In this document: in pieces, positions 9,103 through 18,516 of the stretch
Numbering within the stretch: position 1 is the first letter of the stretch
Layout of the letters: the number at the start of each line of letters is the position of its first letter
Notes under the pieces: generated by a model
Told to the model about the DNA's origin: nothing
Seen by the model: only the letters and a program-made list of their open reading frames with translations
Databases searched by the model: none
Origin: a virus
Lineage: Duplodnaviria; Caudoviricetes
Length of the DNA stretch: 41,563 nucleotides
Reading direction: 5' to 3' (one strand)
Virus record (IMG/VR): IMGVR_UViG_3300037450_000099
Location: 1 to 41,563 of that record
Made by a program: the position numbers and the translations under genes

Positions 9103-9662
9103 ACCACCGGCTCGACTAAGTCCGTGACGAATTCAAAGCCCTTGTCCCCTGGGAAAATATCCTTCTGGCTGGAGTCGTTGGTATAGCGCCCGCGCTTTTG
9201 ATCCAAGTCTCCGAAATGGCTCGCCGCTTCCATTTGCGCAATAGGCGCAGGCGCTGATTCTGAAGGGGCCGCATCGAGCATGGTTGCCGATGTCGTTAAT
9301 CCGTCAAATAGAGTCACCACCCCGACAAGATCACCATCGGCTCGCAGCACAGCGCGCGACAGCGTCAGCACTCGATTGATATGCGAATACAGATAGAACG
9401 CCGCAACGATGCCTTCATTTAAGCCGGACAACTCGACAACAATAGGTGATGTTTCAATGTCGCCGGTTTCGGTGACGGTGGAAATCGTCAACATATTATT
9501 TGCGCGGAGGTAGGTTTTTCCGTCAAATTCAATATTGTATGCGTAATCAGTAAAGCGCACCGTGCCGGATGGATACTCGATGGCGAGCAGGTAGGCTGTA
9601 TAGATGCCGCCGCTTCTGATTTGGTTTCGGTAGCTGTTCGGGAGACTGCGCTCGATAGCCAC
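9078..9662 (-). CDS. minor tail / baseplate hub protein (gpL position, DUF2163-like)
   Basis: VRFTD...FDGKTY and C-terminal QKDIFPGDKGFEFV...VVWG; synteny. Confidence 0.8.
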   Translation of the reverse strand: MAIERSLPNSYRNQIRSGGIYTAYLLAIEYPSGTVRFTDYAYNIEFDGKTYLRANNMLTISTVTETGDIETSPIVVELSGLNEGIVAAFYLYSHINRVLTLSRAVLRADGDLVGVVTLFDGLTTSATMLDAAPSESAPAPIAQMEAASHFGDLDQKRGRYTNDSSQKDIFPGDKGFEFVTDLVEPVVWGRKDNI

Positions 9663-10261
9663 TAAAAAGCGTCCTCACGCAGCACAGCCCGCGTCTGGTA
9701 AAGAATGCCCGAGGCGCTCTGGATATAGACAGTCTCTAGCGATGGAGTCAGGAGATAGACTCTGAAAGACATCCCTCGCGCCACAACCCCTTCCCCGTCG
9801 CTTGCGTCTTGATACAGGCCGGGGTGAATTTTTAGATTGCTTTGCCCGCTGCTGTTACTACGGACGCCCGATGTCAGCGTATAAACTTTCTGCTTGATCC
9901 GAATCAAATCGCCGGCAAACAATACGCGTGAATTCTTGTACCAGCCTCGGCTGCCGATTGTCGTTGCGCCCTTTGTGTGGGCACCGTCAAGGACGGGCGT
10001 GCCCGCGGCCGTGCCGATGGGCTCCATTCCCGGGATCACAATTTCAAACGGTTCGACGATGCCATCACGCGCCGCAATAAAAGCTTTTAGCCTTCGGTGA
10101 TTGCGCAGTTGATACGGTGGCCAAACAACGTCGAATTCAAAAAACTGCGCACCCCTGGAGATTCGCTGTGAGAATCCGCTGCGCGCCTCAACCGCATTCG
10201 CGGGCTTAACGTCTCGCTCGGTGATCTGCTGCGGGACAAGGTATTCCGGAAAGGTGCTCAC
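9662..10261 (-). CDS. distal tail protein (Dit-like)
   Basis: Directly after the tape measure gene; SGFSQRISRGAQFFEFDV, FAGDLI, LKIHPGL. Confidence 0.75.
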   Translation of the reverse strand: MSTFPEYLVPQQITERDVKPANAVEARSGFSQRISRGAQFFEFDVVWPPYQLRNHRRLKAFIAARDGIVEPFEIVIPGMEPIGTAAGTPVLDGAHTKGATTIGSRGWYKNSRVLFAGDLIRIKQKVYTLTSGVRSNSSGQSNLKIHPGLYQDASDGEGVVARGMSFRVYLLTPSLETVYIQSASGILYQTRAVLREDAF

Positions 10262-11985
10262 AAGTCCACCCGGCTCCCGCGTCGTGCGAATCCCTTGCGG
10301 ACCATGCCAGTGATCTGACGCTCATGCTGGGCAAGCGCTCCTTGAAAGCTCTGCGCGTCAATCGCGTTGACGGTGAAACTGATGTTGGCTGACTGCCCGC
10401 CCAACGCCCCATTAGACACAATATTTCCCGCGCTACCCGGCACAAAAAGCTCCGGGCCTCGCTCCCCGACGAGAGCCATCTTTCCCGCGGATACGGGCCC
10501 CCCCGAGGCGTAAGTCCCTTGAAAAAATCCAGGGTAGTTGTTTGTCGATCCCACTCCGCCAGAACTCGCACCCGTTCCGATGCCCGACAGCAATCCCGAT
10601 ATTCCGCGCCCAAGTGGCTCGGTCACCGTCAGGCGTAGAACGATCCGAGCAATGTCGGCAAGTATCCCTTCGAGCACTTGGCGCAACCCTTGGCCCTCGA
10701 TAACCGCATCCTCAAATGCGCTTTCAAAGGTAAACCCAAGTTGATTGGCGGCTCTATCCAGACGTTGCGTTTCTTCGGTAATCGGCTGGATCTGGCTCGG
10801 TACAGTATCCATGTTGAATGACAGGTTGGCGTAGGCATCAGCTACCGCTTCGGTCGCCACCTCTAGCTGCTGAGTCTCCGCGACGGCTTGAGATGTGGCG
10901 GACGTGGCTCCGGCTCCGGCTCCGGCCCCACCAAGTTGGCCGCGAATCGGAATGGTGAGCGATGGTGGCGCATTAACTTCCAGCTCACGTCTTTTTTTCA
11001 GCAACACATCATAAGTAGCTTCAAGCGATTTAAGCTCTTTCTCCAAAACAACTAATGTCGATTCGCCGAGAAGCGTTGTATCTCCCGGTTGAATATCCGC
11101 TATCTCATCTTTAAGCTTTTTAATGATGCCGGCTTGACGCTCCAGCGCCGCATTCATTACGTCGAGTTTTTCGGTGCTCGATTCACCTTGCAACAAAGCC
11201 TGGATTTCTTCAAAACTGCTTACCATTTGAGGCAAGCTCTCATTCATCGTGAATTTTTCTTGTGCCTGTATCCACGCCACCGCTTGTGCCGTTGCTAGCT
11301 TTATCGATACAGCTATATTGTCGAACGTCGTTTGCAGATTCGCCAGGCTATCTACTTGTTCCTTTGTCAAAAGCATGTCGTCGAATTGGTCGCCGACTTC
11401 CTTGGCCGCCTTCGCCACATTAATTGCGCCCTGCGCGAATTCAGAATCGAAAAATTTGAACGAAAGGCGCAACGAATCAGCCGCGGTGCCTGACTTCAAG
11501 AGCGCTTCGGTGATAACTTCAAACTGCGTGGCAGCGTCAAGTCTCTCAAGCCTCTGGACATCAATGCCCAGCTCCTGAAAAGCCGCTCTTGCTTCACCTG
11601 TACCCGATGCCGCCTCAGACAACCGGCGCACCATCCGTTGCAAACCTTTCTCAAGCTGTTGGCTTGAAACGCCGGCAAAGTCCGCCGCGATCTGTAGCTT
11701 TTGAAATCCCTCGACCGTGACGTTTAGGTTTTGGGTGACTTGCTGCAATGATTGAGCATTGGCCGCCACATCCTGAAAGACGCGAGCGATACCGCCCACA
11801 CCCACGGCCGCGACAAAACCAACGACGCTGGCTTTTAGCCCGGCGAACATTTTATCCATGCGCTTACCGGACGCTTCGATGCGCTTGGATTGTGTATCCA
11901 TAGCGCGGGCCGCCTTGCCCATGTCCGATTTGAATCGGGCCGTATCCGCGGCAAGCTCGATTAACAGCTTGCCCATATTAGCCAC
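10258..11985 (-). CDS. tail tape measure protein (575 aa)
   Basis: LLIELAADTARF N-terminus, long helical body, C-terminal ASGGPV...LVGERGPELFVP. Confidence 0.92.
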   Translation of the reverse strand: MANMGKLLIELAADTARFKSDMGKAARAMDTQSKRIEASGKRMDKMFAGLKASVVGFVAAVGVGGIARVFQDVAANAQSLQQVTQNLNVTVEGFQKLQIAADFAGVSSQQLEKGLQRMVRRLSEAASGTGEARAAFQELGIDVQRLERLDAATQFEVITEALLKSGTAADSLRLSFKFFDSEFAQGAINVAKAAKEVGDQFDDMLLTKEQVDSLANLQTTFDNIAVSIKLATAQAVAWIQAQEKFTMNESLPQMVSSFEEIQALLQGESSTEKLDVMNAALERQAGIIKKLKDEIADIQPGDTTLLGESTLVVLEKELKSLEATYDVLLKKRRELEVNAPPSLTIPIRGQLGGAGAGAGATSATSQAVAETQQLEVATEAVADAYANLSFNMDTVPSQIQPITEETQRLDRAANQLGFTFESAFEDAVIEGQGLRQVLEGILADIARIVLRLTVTEPLGRGISGLLSGIGTGASSGGVGSTNNYPGFFQGTYASGGPVSAGKMALVGERGPELFVPGSAGNIVSNGALGGQSANISFTVNAIDAQSFQGALAQHERQITGMVRKGFARRGSRVDL

Positions 11986-12292
11986 GGCTGGCCTCCAGCA
12001 TGTTGGCTAGCTTTTCAAAGCGCTGCTCGTCGCTCATGTCGTCCCTTTTCTCGAAAGGCATGAAGTCCATTGGGCTTGCATCTTTATTGCCCGCGCACCG
12101 TGCCACCGTCGAGGCAATAATCCCGGCTTGCAGATCGCCCCGCGAATCATCGATAGGCGATATTTTGTGATACGCCCAAAGCAAATGCAGCCACCTCGCA
12201 GACAGACTCTCCAGTAACTCTTTTGGCGGCCGACCGTAACGCAGCGAAAGCGCTAGGATGAAACAGAGTTCCGGTCGGCTTCTAAGTTTTTT
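11978..12292 (-). CDS. tail assembly chaperone gpT-like frame, reached by -1 frameshift
   Basis: The -1 frame is open from the slippery site: KLRSRPELCFILALSLRYGRPPKELLESLSARWLHLLWAYHKISPIDDSRGDLQAGIIAS...DFMP. Confidence 0.85.
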   Translation of the reverse strand, partial: KKLRSRPELCFILALSLRYGRPPKELLESLSARWLHLLWAYHKISPIDDSRGDLQAGIIASTVARCAGNKDASPMDFMPFEKRDDMSDEQRFEKLANMLEASRG

Positions 12293-12576
12293 TCCGTGGT
12301 CCCGATCCCATTGAGTTTCGAGGCTTCGTCAAATAAGGCATCCAGCCATTTCTTTGGAAGTTTCCGGATATCCTTCTCCGTCGCCAGTGGCCGCCCGTCG
12401 GGATCGCACACCGCACGGGTGAGCAACTGCACCACAAGCCCTGTGCCCGATCGCCCGGCCTTTTCGTAAACCTCGTAAATCTCGACGCCCGAAAGCTCGC
12501 GCACATGCTTCGTTTTGCCGTTAATCGCCACGGGCGCAATGGTCGCTTCCTCAAAGAGATCGGCAATTCCGCTCAT
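12253..12576 (-). CDS. tail assembly chaperone gpG-like
   Basis: HVRELSG and AVCDPDG...LFDEASKLNG; lies between the tail tube and tape measure genes. Confidence 0.85.
   Translation of the reverse strand: MSGIADLFEEATIAPVAINGKTKHVRELSGVEIYEVYEKAGRSGTGLVVQLLTRAVCDPDGRPLATEKDIRKLPKKWLDALFDEASKLNGIGTTEKNLEADRNSVSS
12286..12292 (-). promoter_or_regulatory. programmed -1 ribosomal frameshift site A-AAA-AAC
   Basis: The minus strand reads GAA AAA AAC TTA near the end of the gpG-like gene, the canonical G/GT position. Confidence 0.85.
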
Positions 12577-12983
12577 GACGTGGCGCGGGTGATTGCCCCT
12601 GTCACTTTGATCGTTGCCGACGCACGCAATGCATCATCAACACCGGCTGACTCACCGTAACTTTTCACTCTCGCGGTAAATCCAAGATTCCATGCATTCG
12701 CAAAAGTAATCAGAAACGTACCCAACGCGCCGGAAGCGTACAAGTCCCGGATCTCGTCTTGAGCCGCGTCGGCGTAATCGGCGAGCATGTCAAACGAGAA
12801 TTCGCCTTCCTCTTTGAGCCCGAGCAGAAACTCTTTGCCGGTGCTGACAAAGTCCGTTACGTCGATTTCTGTCGATTCGCCTGGAGATTGGGAATAGCTC
12901 TGGACGTTTTTGATCGTGGTTGGAGTTGCGGCGACTTCCACTTGAAAAGTCAGCCCTTGTGCGCTTATCGCTGTAGAGGCCAT
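12573..12983 (-). CDS. major tail (tube) protein
   Basis: AISAQG, EIDVTDF, KEFLLGL, ATIKVTG; synteny. Confidence 0.88.
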   Translation of the reverse strand: MASTAISAQGLTFQVEVAATPTTIKNVQSYSQSPGESTEIDVTDFVSTGKEFLLGLKEEGEFSFDMLADYADAAQDEIRDLYASGALGTFLITFANAWNLGFTARVKSYGESAGVDDALRASATIKVTGAITRATS

Positions 12984-12987
12984 GTGT

Positions 12988-13347
12988 TTATCCTATGTCA
13001 TGCCAAAGTGAGAAATCGCCGGAAGCCCGGTGGACGTTTTCATCCAATGATCGTTCTGGGAATTCGCCCACCACATTGATGGCACCGCAAGCAAAATCGT
13101 TGCCGGGTGGTTCCATAAGGGTGCGAGCGGATCGCCACAACGCATCGGCCGCAGTCGGTGTGCTGGCGTAGGCGTCCACCTGTACGCGGGAGTTGGTTAA
13201 CTCGGTTGAGCCTTCAAAATCAAACTCTTCGACGCCAGAAACCATTTGATAAATCAAATAGGGCAACGGCTCTGATTGTGGGGCGCGCAAGTAATACACA
13301 GACCCCAGTCCTTGCAGTCGCGCGTAAACGGATTCTTGCACCGTCAC
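12988..13347 (-). CDS. tail terminator / completion protein (DUF3168-like)
   Basis: APQSEPLPYLIY and RVQVDAYA; synteny. Confidence 0.85.
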   Translation of the reverse strand: MTVQESVYARLQGLGSVYYLRAPQSEPLPYLIYQMVSGVEEFDFEGSTELTNSRVQVDAYASTPTAADALWRSARTLMEPPGNDFACGAINVVGEFPERSLDENVHRASGDFSLWHDIG

Positions 13348-13829
13348 AGCTTCCGAGCCTCGGCCTGGATGCGCTTGCCAAGCTCGCGGGCAATGACGCC
13401 CACCGCGCGCTTTTTGTTGGCCTCATAGGCCGGCCGGAGGAAAGGACGAGCCGATTGGTGCCGTGTCCCGAATTCTACGAAAGTCCAATAGTAAGCATTT
13501 TTTGGATCTTCCTTTGCCCCCTTGCTATGCCAGTTGCCATCGCTGCCGATAAAAATGCCCTTACTGCGGACGGACACCCCATAGCTCACAGTGTTAGTCG
13601 TGGACCGCGCGCGCCGTTTGAAATAAATCACATTCCGCTGTAGCTTGCCGCTGTCCATGCGGGCGAAATCAAAAGCAGCGTCGGAGACAGGCGCTCGCCG
13701 TTTCGCGTCCTTGGCAATCAACTGGGCTCCCTTTCGGACCGCTCCGCTCAAGTGCTTCTTAGCCACGCGCCGCGGGAGTTCGCTCAGCGCTCTGTCGAGT
13801 TCCTTCAGCCCTCTAACCTTGATCGGCAT
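13344..13829 (-). CDS. HK97 gp10-family tail component
   Basis: VRGLKEL, AKRRAPV, YYWTFVEFGT, ARPFLRPA. Confidence 0.92.
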   Translation of the reverse strand: MPIKVRGLKELDRALSELPRRVAKKHLSGAVRKGAQLIAKDAKRRAPVSDAAFDFARMDSGKLQRNVIYFKRRARSTTNTVSYGVSVRSKGIFIGSDGNWHSKGAKEDPKNAYYWTFVEFGTRHQSARPFLRPAYEANKKRAVGVIARELGKRIQAEARKL

Positions 13830-14155
13830 CACACCACCTCCCGACACATCAGCTCAAATTCGCGCCGACGCTCTTGGATGTTGTGCACCGACTGAATATT
13901 AAAGATGCGACCCCCTAACGACAGTCGATCTTTTGGTGACAAGTCGGCAATGTCCGCGTCGTAACGCATCTTGATTCGGTGCGACACCTCGCCGATGTCT
14001 TGTTGATTGCCGAAAAATTCGCGCCCACTGATCGGCCGCACATCCACCCGACGCTTTGCCAGGGTCGCCCATGTCTGAATGACTGCGCCACTGCTGTCCT
14101 GCGTCTCAGTCGGTCGCTGTAGGATCGCTGTCTGACGCAACATCCCCGCTCTCAT
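13829..14155 (-). CDS. head closure protein (SPP1 gp16-like)
   Basis: MRAGMLR, PISGREF, IKMRY, FNIQSV. Confidence 0.9.
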   Translation of the reverse strand: MRAGMLRQTAILQRPTETQDSSGAVIQTWATLAKRRVDVRPISGREFFGNQQDIGEVSHRIKMRYDADIADLSPKDRLSLGGRIFNIQSVHNIQERRREFELMCREVV

Positions 14156-14721
14156 AGCGTGTGCACCCGATACAAACCGATTAAATAATTTCCGGCCTCT
14201 GTGTTTTTCTCAATCGCCCCGACAATCTGCGCGCCGCGCTGCTCGTAAAGATCGTTGATGTTGATCAACATACCGTGCCGAATGGGGTCGGGCACATCGC
14301 TACCCGCGTCCCCATAGCCTGCCACGTAGGCAATGGTTACGGCGTTGTAGACTTCACCCGTGCTGGGCCATGATGCCCCGGAGACGGGGCGTACCTTGCC
14401 GACAAACCCGGCCGTGTCCACTTCGTAGTCGCTGCTCGACACCGTTTGCTCTGCGCCGTCCGTGTCAATGTATTTAACAGAGGTCACCGACTGCAACGGT
14501 GGGCGCGGCAACTCAATCTCAAGCTGAAAACACGGCAAAGACACTTCCCACGTCTGCGAGATAAACGCCCGCCCGGTGTAGCTCTCTGCGCGTTGCCGCT
14601 CCGCCTGAATCAACCCATACAGCAACGCATCATCCTCGCTATGCTCGACAACAAGGTGCTGCTTCACCCCCGAAAGGCTCAAGGGCTCCGTCGCGGGTTT
14701 GATGGTTTGGTTAAGGCTCAC
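14152..14721 (-). CDS. head-tail connector (adaptor) protein
   Basis: PATEPLSL..VKQHL, AESYTGRAFISQTW, YVAGYG...VPDPIRHGML...LYEQR; start most likely the GTG at 14721. Confidence 0.9.
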   Translation of the reverse strand: MSLNQTIKPATEPLSLSGVKQHLVVEHSEDDALLYGLIQAERQRAESYTGRAFISQTWEVSLPCFQLEIELPRPPLQSVTSVKYIDTDGAEQTVSSSDYEVDTAGFVGKVRPVSGASWPSTGEVYNAVTIAYVAGYGDAGSDVPDPIRHGMLININDLYEQRGAQIVGAIEKNTEAGNYLIGLYRVHTL

Positions 14722-14887
14722 TTTTCGCCTTTCGATATCCCTGCGGTGCCACCACGGCGGCTCGCCGACTGATGAAATGGTTGGCGCTTGCCGCCGACAA
14801 TTCCACGACCTGCCCTTTTTCGTAGCGGGTACCCGTGCCGTCCTTGACCGTGTATTCACGAACGAACTTAATTTTTAGCTTTTCCAT
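14711..14887 (-). CDS. small post-capsid protein (58 aa, MEKLKIKFVREYTVKDGTGTRYEKGQVVELSAASANHFISRRAAV...)
   Basis: Not in the ORF track. It fills the capsid-connector gap, has GAGG upstream and overlaps the connector start. Confidence 0.75.
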   Translation of the reverse strand: MEKLKIKFVREYTVKDGTGTRYEKGQVVELSAASANHFISRRAAVVAPQGYRKAKSEP

Positions 14888-14898
14888 CTTTGGCCCTC

Positions 14899-14929
14899 GC
14901 CGGGCGCGACCTAATGAGCCGCGCCCGGC
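14899..14929. promoter_or_regulatory. GC-rich stem-loop downstream of the capsid gene (mRNA stabiliser or attenuator)
   Basis: gccgggcgcg (14899-14908) pairs with cgcgcccggc (14920-14929); no U-tract on the coding strand. Confidence 0.6.
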
Positions 14930-14943
14930 TTGCTCACCTCGGT

Positions 14944-16314
14944 TTAAGCCCGCTCTGCCAACTCGACAGCCGCACCATAAACACCGCTACCGTTAAGGGC
15001 GGCAATGGTGCTGCCGTGCCACGGTTTCCCACCGATGCGCAGGATGAATCGGAACGCCAGAGTGTCATAGTCAAACCACAAGTGCATGCTGACATCAGCC
15101 CGCAGCCCGGTGGTTTTGGTGACGCTCATGTACTGGCTGAGATTGACAAACACGATGTCGCCCAAATCGCCCAGAGTTTGCGCGCCCTGAGTCGGAATCA
15201 CCGGACGCCCAAGCAAAGTAGCGAAAGGCGCCTGCGAGAAACCGCCCACCGGGACATACAGCGGAATGCTGCTGCTGGTGAGCTCTAGCGACATATCCCA
15301 AAGCTGCGTTTCGAGATCCTGGTTGATGAGCCACACCGCACCCTGACGCCACTGGCCATACATGCCGAGATACATCTTCTTGATGTTGGTTGCGTTGACC
15401 GTGTCGGCTGTCTGAGCGGTTTCCTTTGCCACCGTAACGGTGGCCGCATGCCCCACAATCCCCGTGGGTTGCCCGGAGCCCGTGCCATTCAAAATCGCAT
15501 CAGTGATCTTGAAGTTCATCTTGTCCGGCACCTTGGTGGAAAGGTACCGATCGATGGCAGGGGCATCCGACATAAGCTCTTCAGTCACCGGGCAAAGCGC
15601 CGTCAGTTTATGCAGGGGCACAACATTCGTTCCAAGCGCCACCTTGGTCTGCGCCATCTGCGCATTCTCGCCGGTCCAAGCCGCCAACACACCGCCCGAA
15701 GACTGCCACGGCGTGGTTTCATCCGTTGGCATAGTGATGCTGTTGCTAGAGGTCACAAGCTGGTCCGTCTGCCCGATGATGGTGTCTTCGCCCATCACTT
15801 TGACGAGAATCTGCTCACGAAAGTCGGGCGGTACAGCGTACCCACCGTCGGCGTCAGTGCCCCCGGTTGAAACGGTTGTCGGCGCATTCGCAATCAAGCG
15901 TGGGTCAACGGCCCCGGATCGGTGCGACGCCTGAGCAGAAGCGAGCGCAAATTCGCCAAACGACTTCCAACCCCAGCGCCCACGGTCCAAAGTGGAGCGA
16001 TCGGTGACCTGCACATTCAGCGGACGCCTTTCCGGCTGCCTCGAATCTTCCCGATTCTGCGGGGCGATATCTTCGGGCTCGGTGCGTCGGCCAACGCTTA
16101 CGGCCAAGCTCTCGCGCTGGGCCTCGATGCGCTCACGGCGCGCAATGGCCACCTCGGTGTCCTTGAATTCGGCGAAAATCTGCGTGCAGCGCTCGCTTTC
16201 CTCCTCATTCATGTCCCGGCTTTCCGAGTCCGCAAAGGCTTGCAGAGAAGTAGCCTGCTCATTCAGATCAAGCAGCTTGTCGCGCAGATCCTGGAGAATT
16301 TCGTTAGTATCCAT
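14944..16314 (-). CDS. HK97-fold major capsid protein with N-terminal delta domain
   Basis: N-terminal coiled coil, ADGGYAVPPDF, ILNGTGSGQPTGI, TLLGRPV. Confidence 0.95.
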   Translation of the reverse strand: MDTNEILQDLRDKLLDLNEQATSLQAFADSESRDMNEEESERCTQIFAEFKDTEVAIARRERIEAQRESLAVSVGRRTEPEDIAPQNREDSRQPERRPLNVQVTDRSTLDRGRWGWKSFGEFALASAQASHRSGAVDPRLIANAPTTVSTGGTDADGGYAVPPDFREQILVKVMGEDTIIGQTDQLVTSSNSITMPTDETTPWQSSGGVLAAWTGENAQMAQTKVALGTNVVPLHKLTALCPVTEELMSDAPAIDRYLSTKVPDKMNFKITDAILNGTGSGQPTGIVGHAATVTVAKETAQTADTVNATNIKKMYLGMYGQWRQGAVWLINQDLETQLWDMSLELTSSSIPLYVPVGGFSQAPFATLLGRPVIPTQGAQTLGDLGDIVFVNLSQYMSVTKTTGLRADVSMHLWFDYDTLAFRFILRIGGKPWHGSTIAALNGSGVYGAAVELAERA

Positions 16315-16334
16315 AAGTTTAGCCCTATGTTGAG

Positions 16335-17009
16335 TTAAAGATTCTGTGAGCGCAGTGCTTGCTGCATATGCGCAAAATTCAGTTGTTGCCCGTCACGTTT
16401 TGGCGTTTCCGGTGTCCGGCATGCCTCGGGTACGTGGCGGTAGTGAAATTTGGAGAAGTCCCCCTGTGCGGCAATGGCTGACGCGGCAGCTACGTTGGCA
16501 GCCAAACCAAATGCCACAGCCTCGTCTGCGTCAAACCAAGTCTCAACAGCCATGGCTTCTAGAATTTCATCCATGGGCTTGTCTGTGTGGCGCATATAGC
16601 TCTTGGCTATAGCGCCTTCCACTTTGTCGAGTCGATCCGCCATCGCTCTATGCTCGTCGGCATCCCCGATAACTGTCACCCACGGTTTGTGAATCATCAT
16701 AAAGGCGTTTTCCGCAATGGTGATCTCATCGCCAGCCATCGCTACCATGGAAGCAATCGATGCAGCCATGCCATCAATATGCACCCGCACCTTGGCCGCG
16801 TTGTCCACCAACAGGGTATGCATGGCCACTCCATCAAAGACTGATCCACCCATCGAGTTGATGCGCAAATCAATGGCAGTTAGAGCCCCGAGGCTTCGCA
16901 ATTCATCAGCAAACGCCTTGGCACTGATCCCGCCAAAGAAATCGTCGCCAATGTCATCATAAAGCAGAATCTCCGCCTCTTTATTGCCGCGCGCTTTAAT
17001 CTCAATCAT
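16335..17009 (-). CDS. ClpP-type (S14) prohead maturation protease
   Basis: RINSMGGSVFDG, GMAASIAS, MMIHKPW, ETWFDADEAVAFGLA. Confidence 0.95.
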   Translation of the reverse strand: MIEIKARGNKEAEILLYDDIGDDFFGGISAKAFADELRSLGALTAIDLRINSMGGSVFDGVAMHTLLVDNAAKVRVHIDGMAASIASMVAMAGDEITIAENAFMMIHKPWVTVIGDADEHRAMADRLDKVEGAIAKSYMRHTDKPMDEILEAMAVETWFDADEAVAFGLAANVAAASAIAAQGDFSKFHYRHVPEACRTPETPKRDGQQLNFAHMQQALRSQNL

Positions 17010-18516
17010 GGGCCACCGCCAGTTGCTGTAAAGTACTCACGGGCTCACTGCCTTCATAAATCTGCAACAAGCGCCGTTTTGTAATATGTCGCATCCTATC
17101 AAAATCGACGCGGTTGCGAATCGGTGCCGTATGCTTTGCAAGATACCGATCTAGGTACATTTCGCGCCAAGTGAAAAACTCAGCCCGGTCGTAATGGGTT
17201 GCGGCCAATGATGCGTGCTTATGCTGGTGCGAATCAAAGCACCGTAACGCGACCACTACCTCAGCATCCTGATTGTCTGGCACAATCGGCGCGGGTAGCG
17301 GCTCCGGCTCTTCGCCGATTTTATCTAGCGTTGTCATGTTCAATGGCGCGATACGCTTGTCGCCTTCGGCCCCGATAGGGTTGCGATCCTCAAGTTCCAG
17401 AATGTCATTGACGGAATACACGCCAATATTCCGCATTTCGCGGTAGTGATCTGTCCGCGCTGCCAGGTCTCCGCGCAGCAAGCCCTTGAGCTCTAGCTTG
17501 GTATAGATCCCACGCGAGGTGCGAGCATTAAAAAGTTTGTAATTGGCTTCTTGCTCAAGCCGAATTGCCCACGGCAGCAAGGCATCCGTGACGAATTCGA
17601 TGGACTGGTGTTCTATATTGGAAAACGTTGCATGTTCCAGGTCGCCCAGCTTATGCGGTGGCACACGAAACCAACGCGCAATCTCCGAGACTGAGAATTG
17701 TCGAGACCCTAGGAATTGAGCATCGTCCGGTTTAACGCCAATTTCTTGATAAGAGAGCCCGCCGTCTAGGTATTCGACTTTGTGAGCGTTGGCGCTGCCT
17801 TTGTGCGATCGATTAAAGGTGGCCATGAGATTCTTGACGCCTTCAGGATCGAGCACCGCGGCGCCGTCCTTTTGCGAAATGATCCCGCCCAACTGCGCCC
17901 CGTTACCGTAGAAGCTCGCACCAAACTCTTCAGACGCAATCGACATGCCGATAGACCGAGCCGCCAGTGCGACGACGCTATAGCCTAGCAATCCATCCGA
18001 TCCAAGCCCGTGAAGATGAAACATGTCACCGGGCGGGATAGAAACAAGGCCCCCGCCTCGCTGCCTGACTTCATAAAACAAACCGCGGTTGTCGTCGCGC
18101 TTTACCTCGACATTCGCAGGGTGCAACGGCCACAAACCCACCGGGCGCCCTGCCGAATCGCGATCGATCTCAGAATAATGATTGCCCCACAGCAGCGCGT
18201 GGCCTAGCGCCGTCTCCCGCCAAGAAAATGCGCCCATGTCCGTATTGGCTCGACGATTCAACAACGTAGCCACACTGTGATCCGCGAGCCGCTTGCGCTT
18301 GTTGTCGCCGTCCGGTTGCAGGACGAGCCAAGGGAGCGTCGATATGCCTTCGGCAATCACCCGCACCGCGGCATAAACAGCGGCTACAGATAGCGCCGTG
18401 TCATGATTAACTAGCTTCCCCGCCTCAAACCTCGGCACCCAAAAATAAGTCCGCTCGCCAGGCGTCTCCGGTGTGGCTTTGGGAAAGTTGAATAGCCTCG
18501 ACAGCAGGTTAACCAT
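17002..18516 (-). CDS. HK97-family portal protein
   Basis: AVYAAVRVIA, LLWGNHY, LWPLHP, FYGNGAQ, EIARWFRVPPHKLG, TFSNIEHQ; start probably the ATG at 18516. Confidence 0.96.
   Translation of the reverse strand: MVNLLSRLFNFPKATPETPGERTYFWVPRFEAGKLVNHDTALSVAAVYAAVRVIAEGISTLPWLVLQPDGDNKRKRLADHSVATLLNRRANTDMGAFSWRETALGHALLWGNHYSEIDRDSAGRPVGLWPLHPANVEVKRDDNRGLFYEVRQRGGGLVSIPPGDMFHLHGLGSDGLLGYSVVALAARSIGMSIASEEFGASFYGNGAQLGGIISQKDGAAVLDPEGVKNLMATFNRSHKGSANAHKVEYLDGGLSYQEIGVKPDDAQFLGSRQFSVSEIARWFRVPPHKLGDLEHATFSNIEHQSIEFVTDALLPWAIRLEQEANYKLFNARTSRGIYTKLELKGLLRGDLAARTDHYREMRNIGVYSVNDILELEDRNPIGAEGDKRIAPLNMTTLDKIGEEPEPLPAPIVPDNQDAEVVVALRCFDSHQHKHASLAATHYDRAEFFTWREMYLDRYLAKHTAPIRNRVDFDRMRHITKRRLLQIYEGSEPVSTLQQLAVAHD

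Noticed and set aside
14722-14859. N-terminal extension of the head-tail connector given in the ORF track
   Set aside because: The region is better explained by a separate 58-aa gene (14711..14887) in another frame; connector similarity starts at the GTG at 14721.
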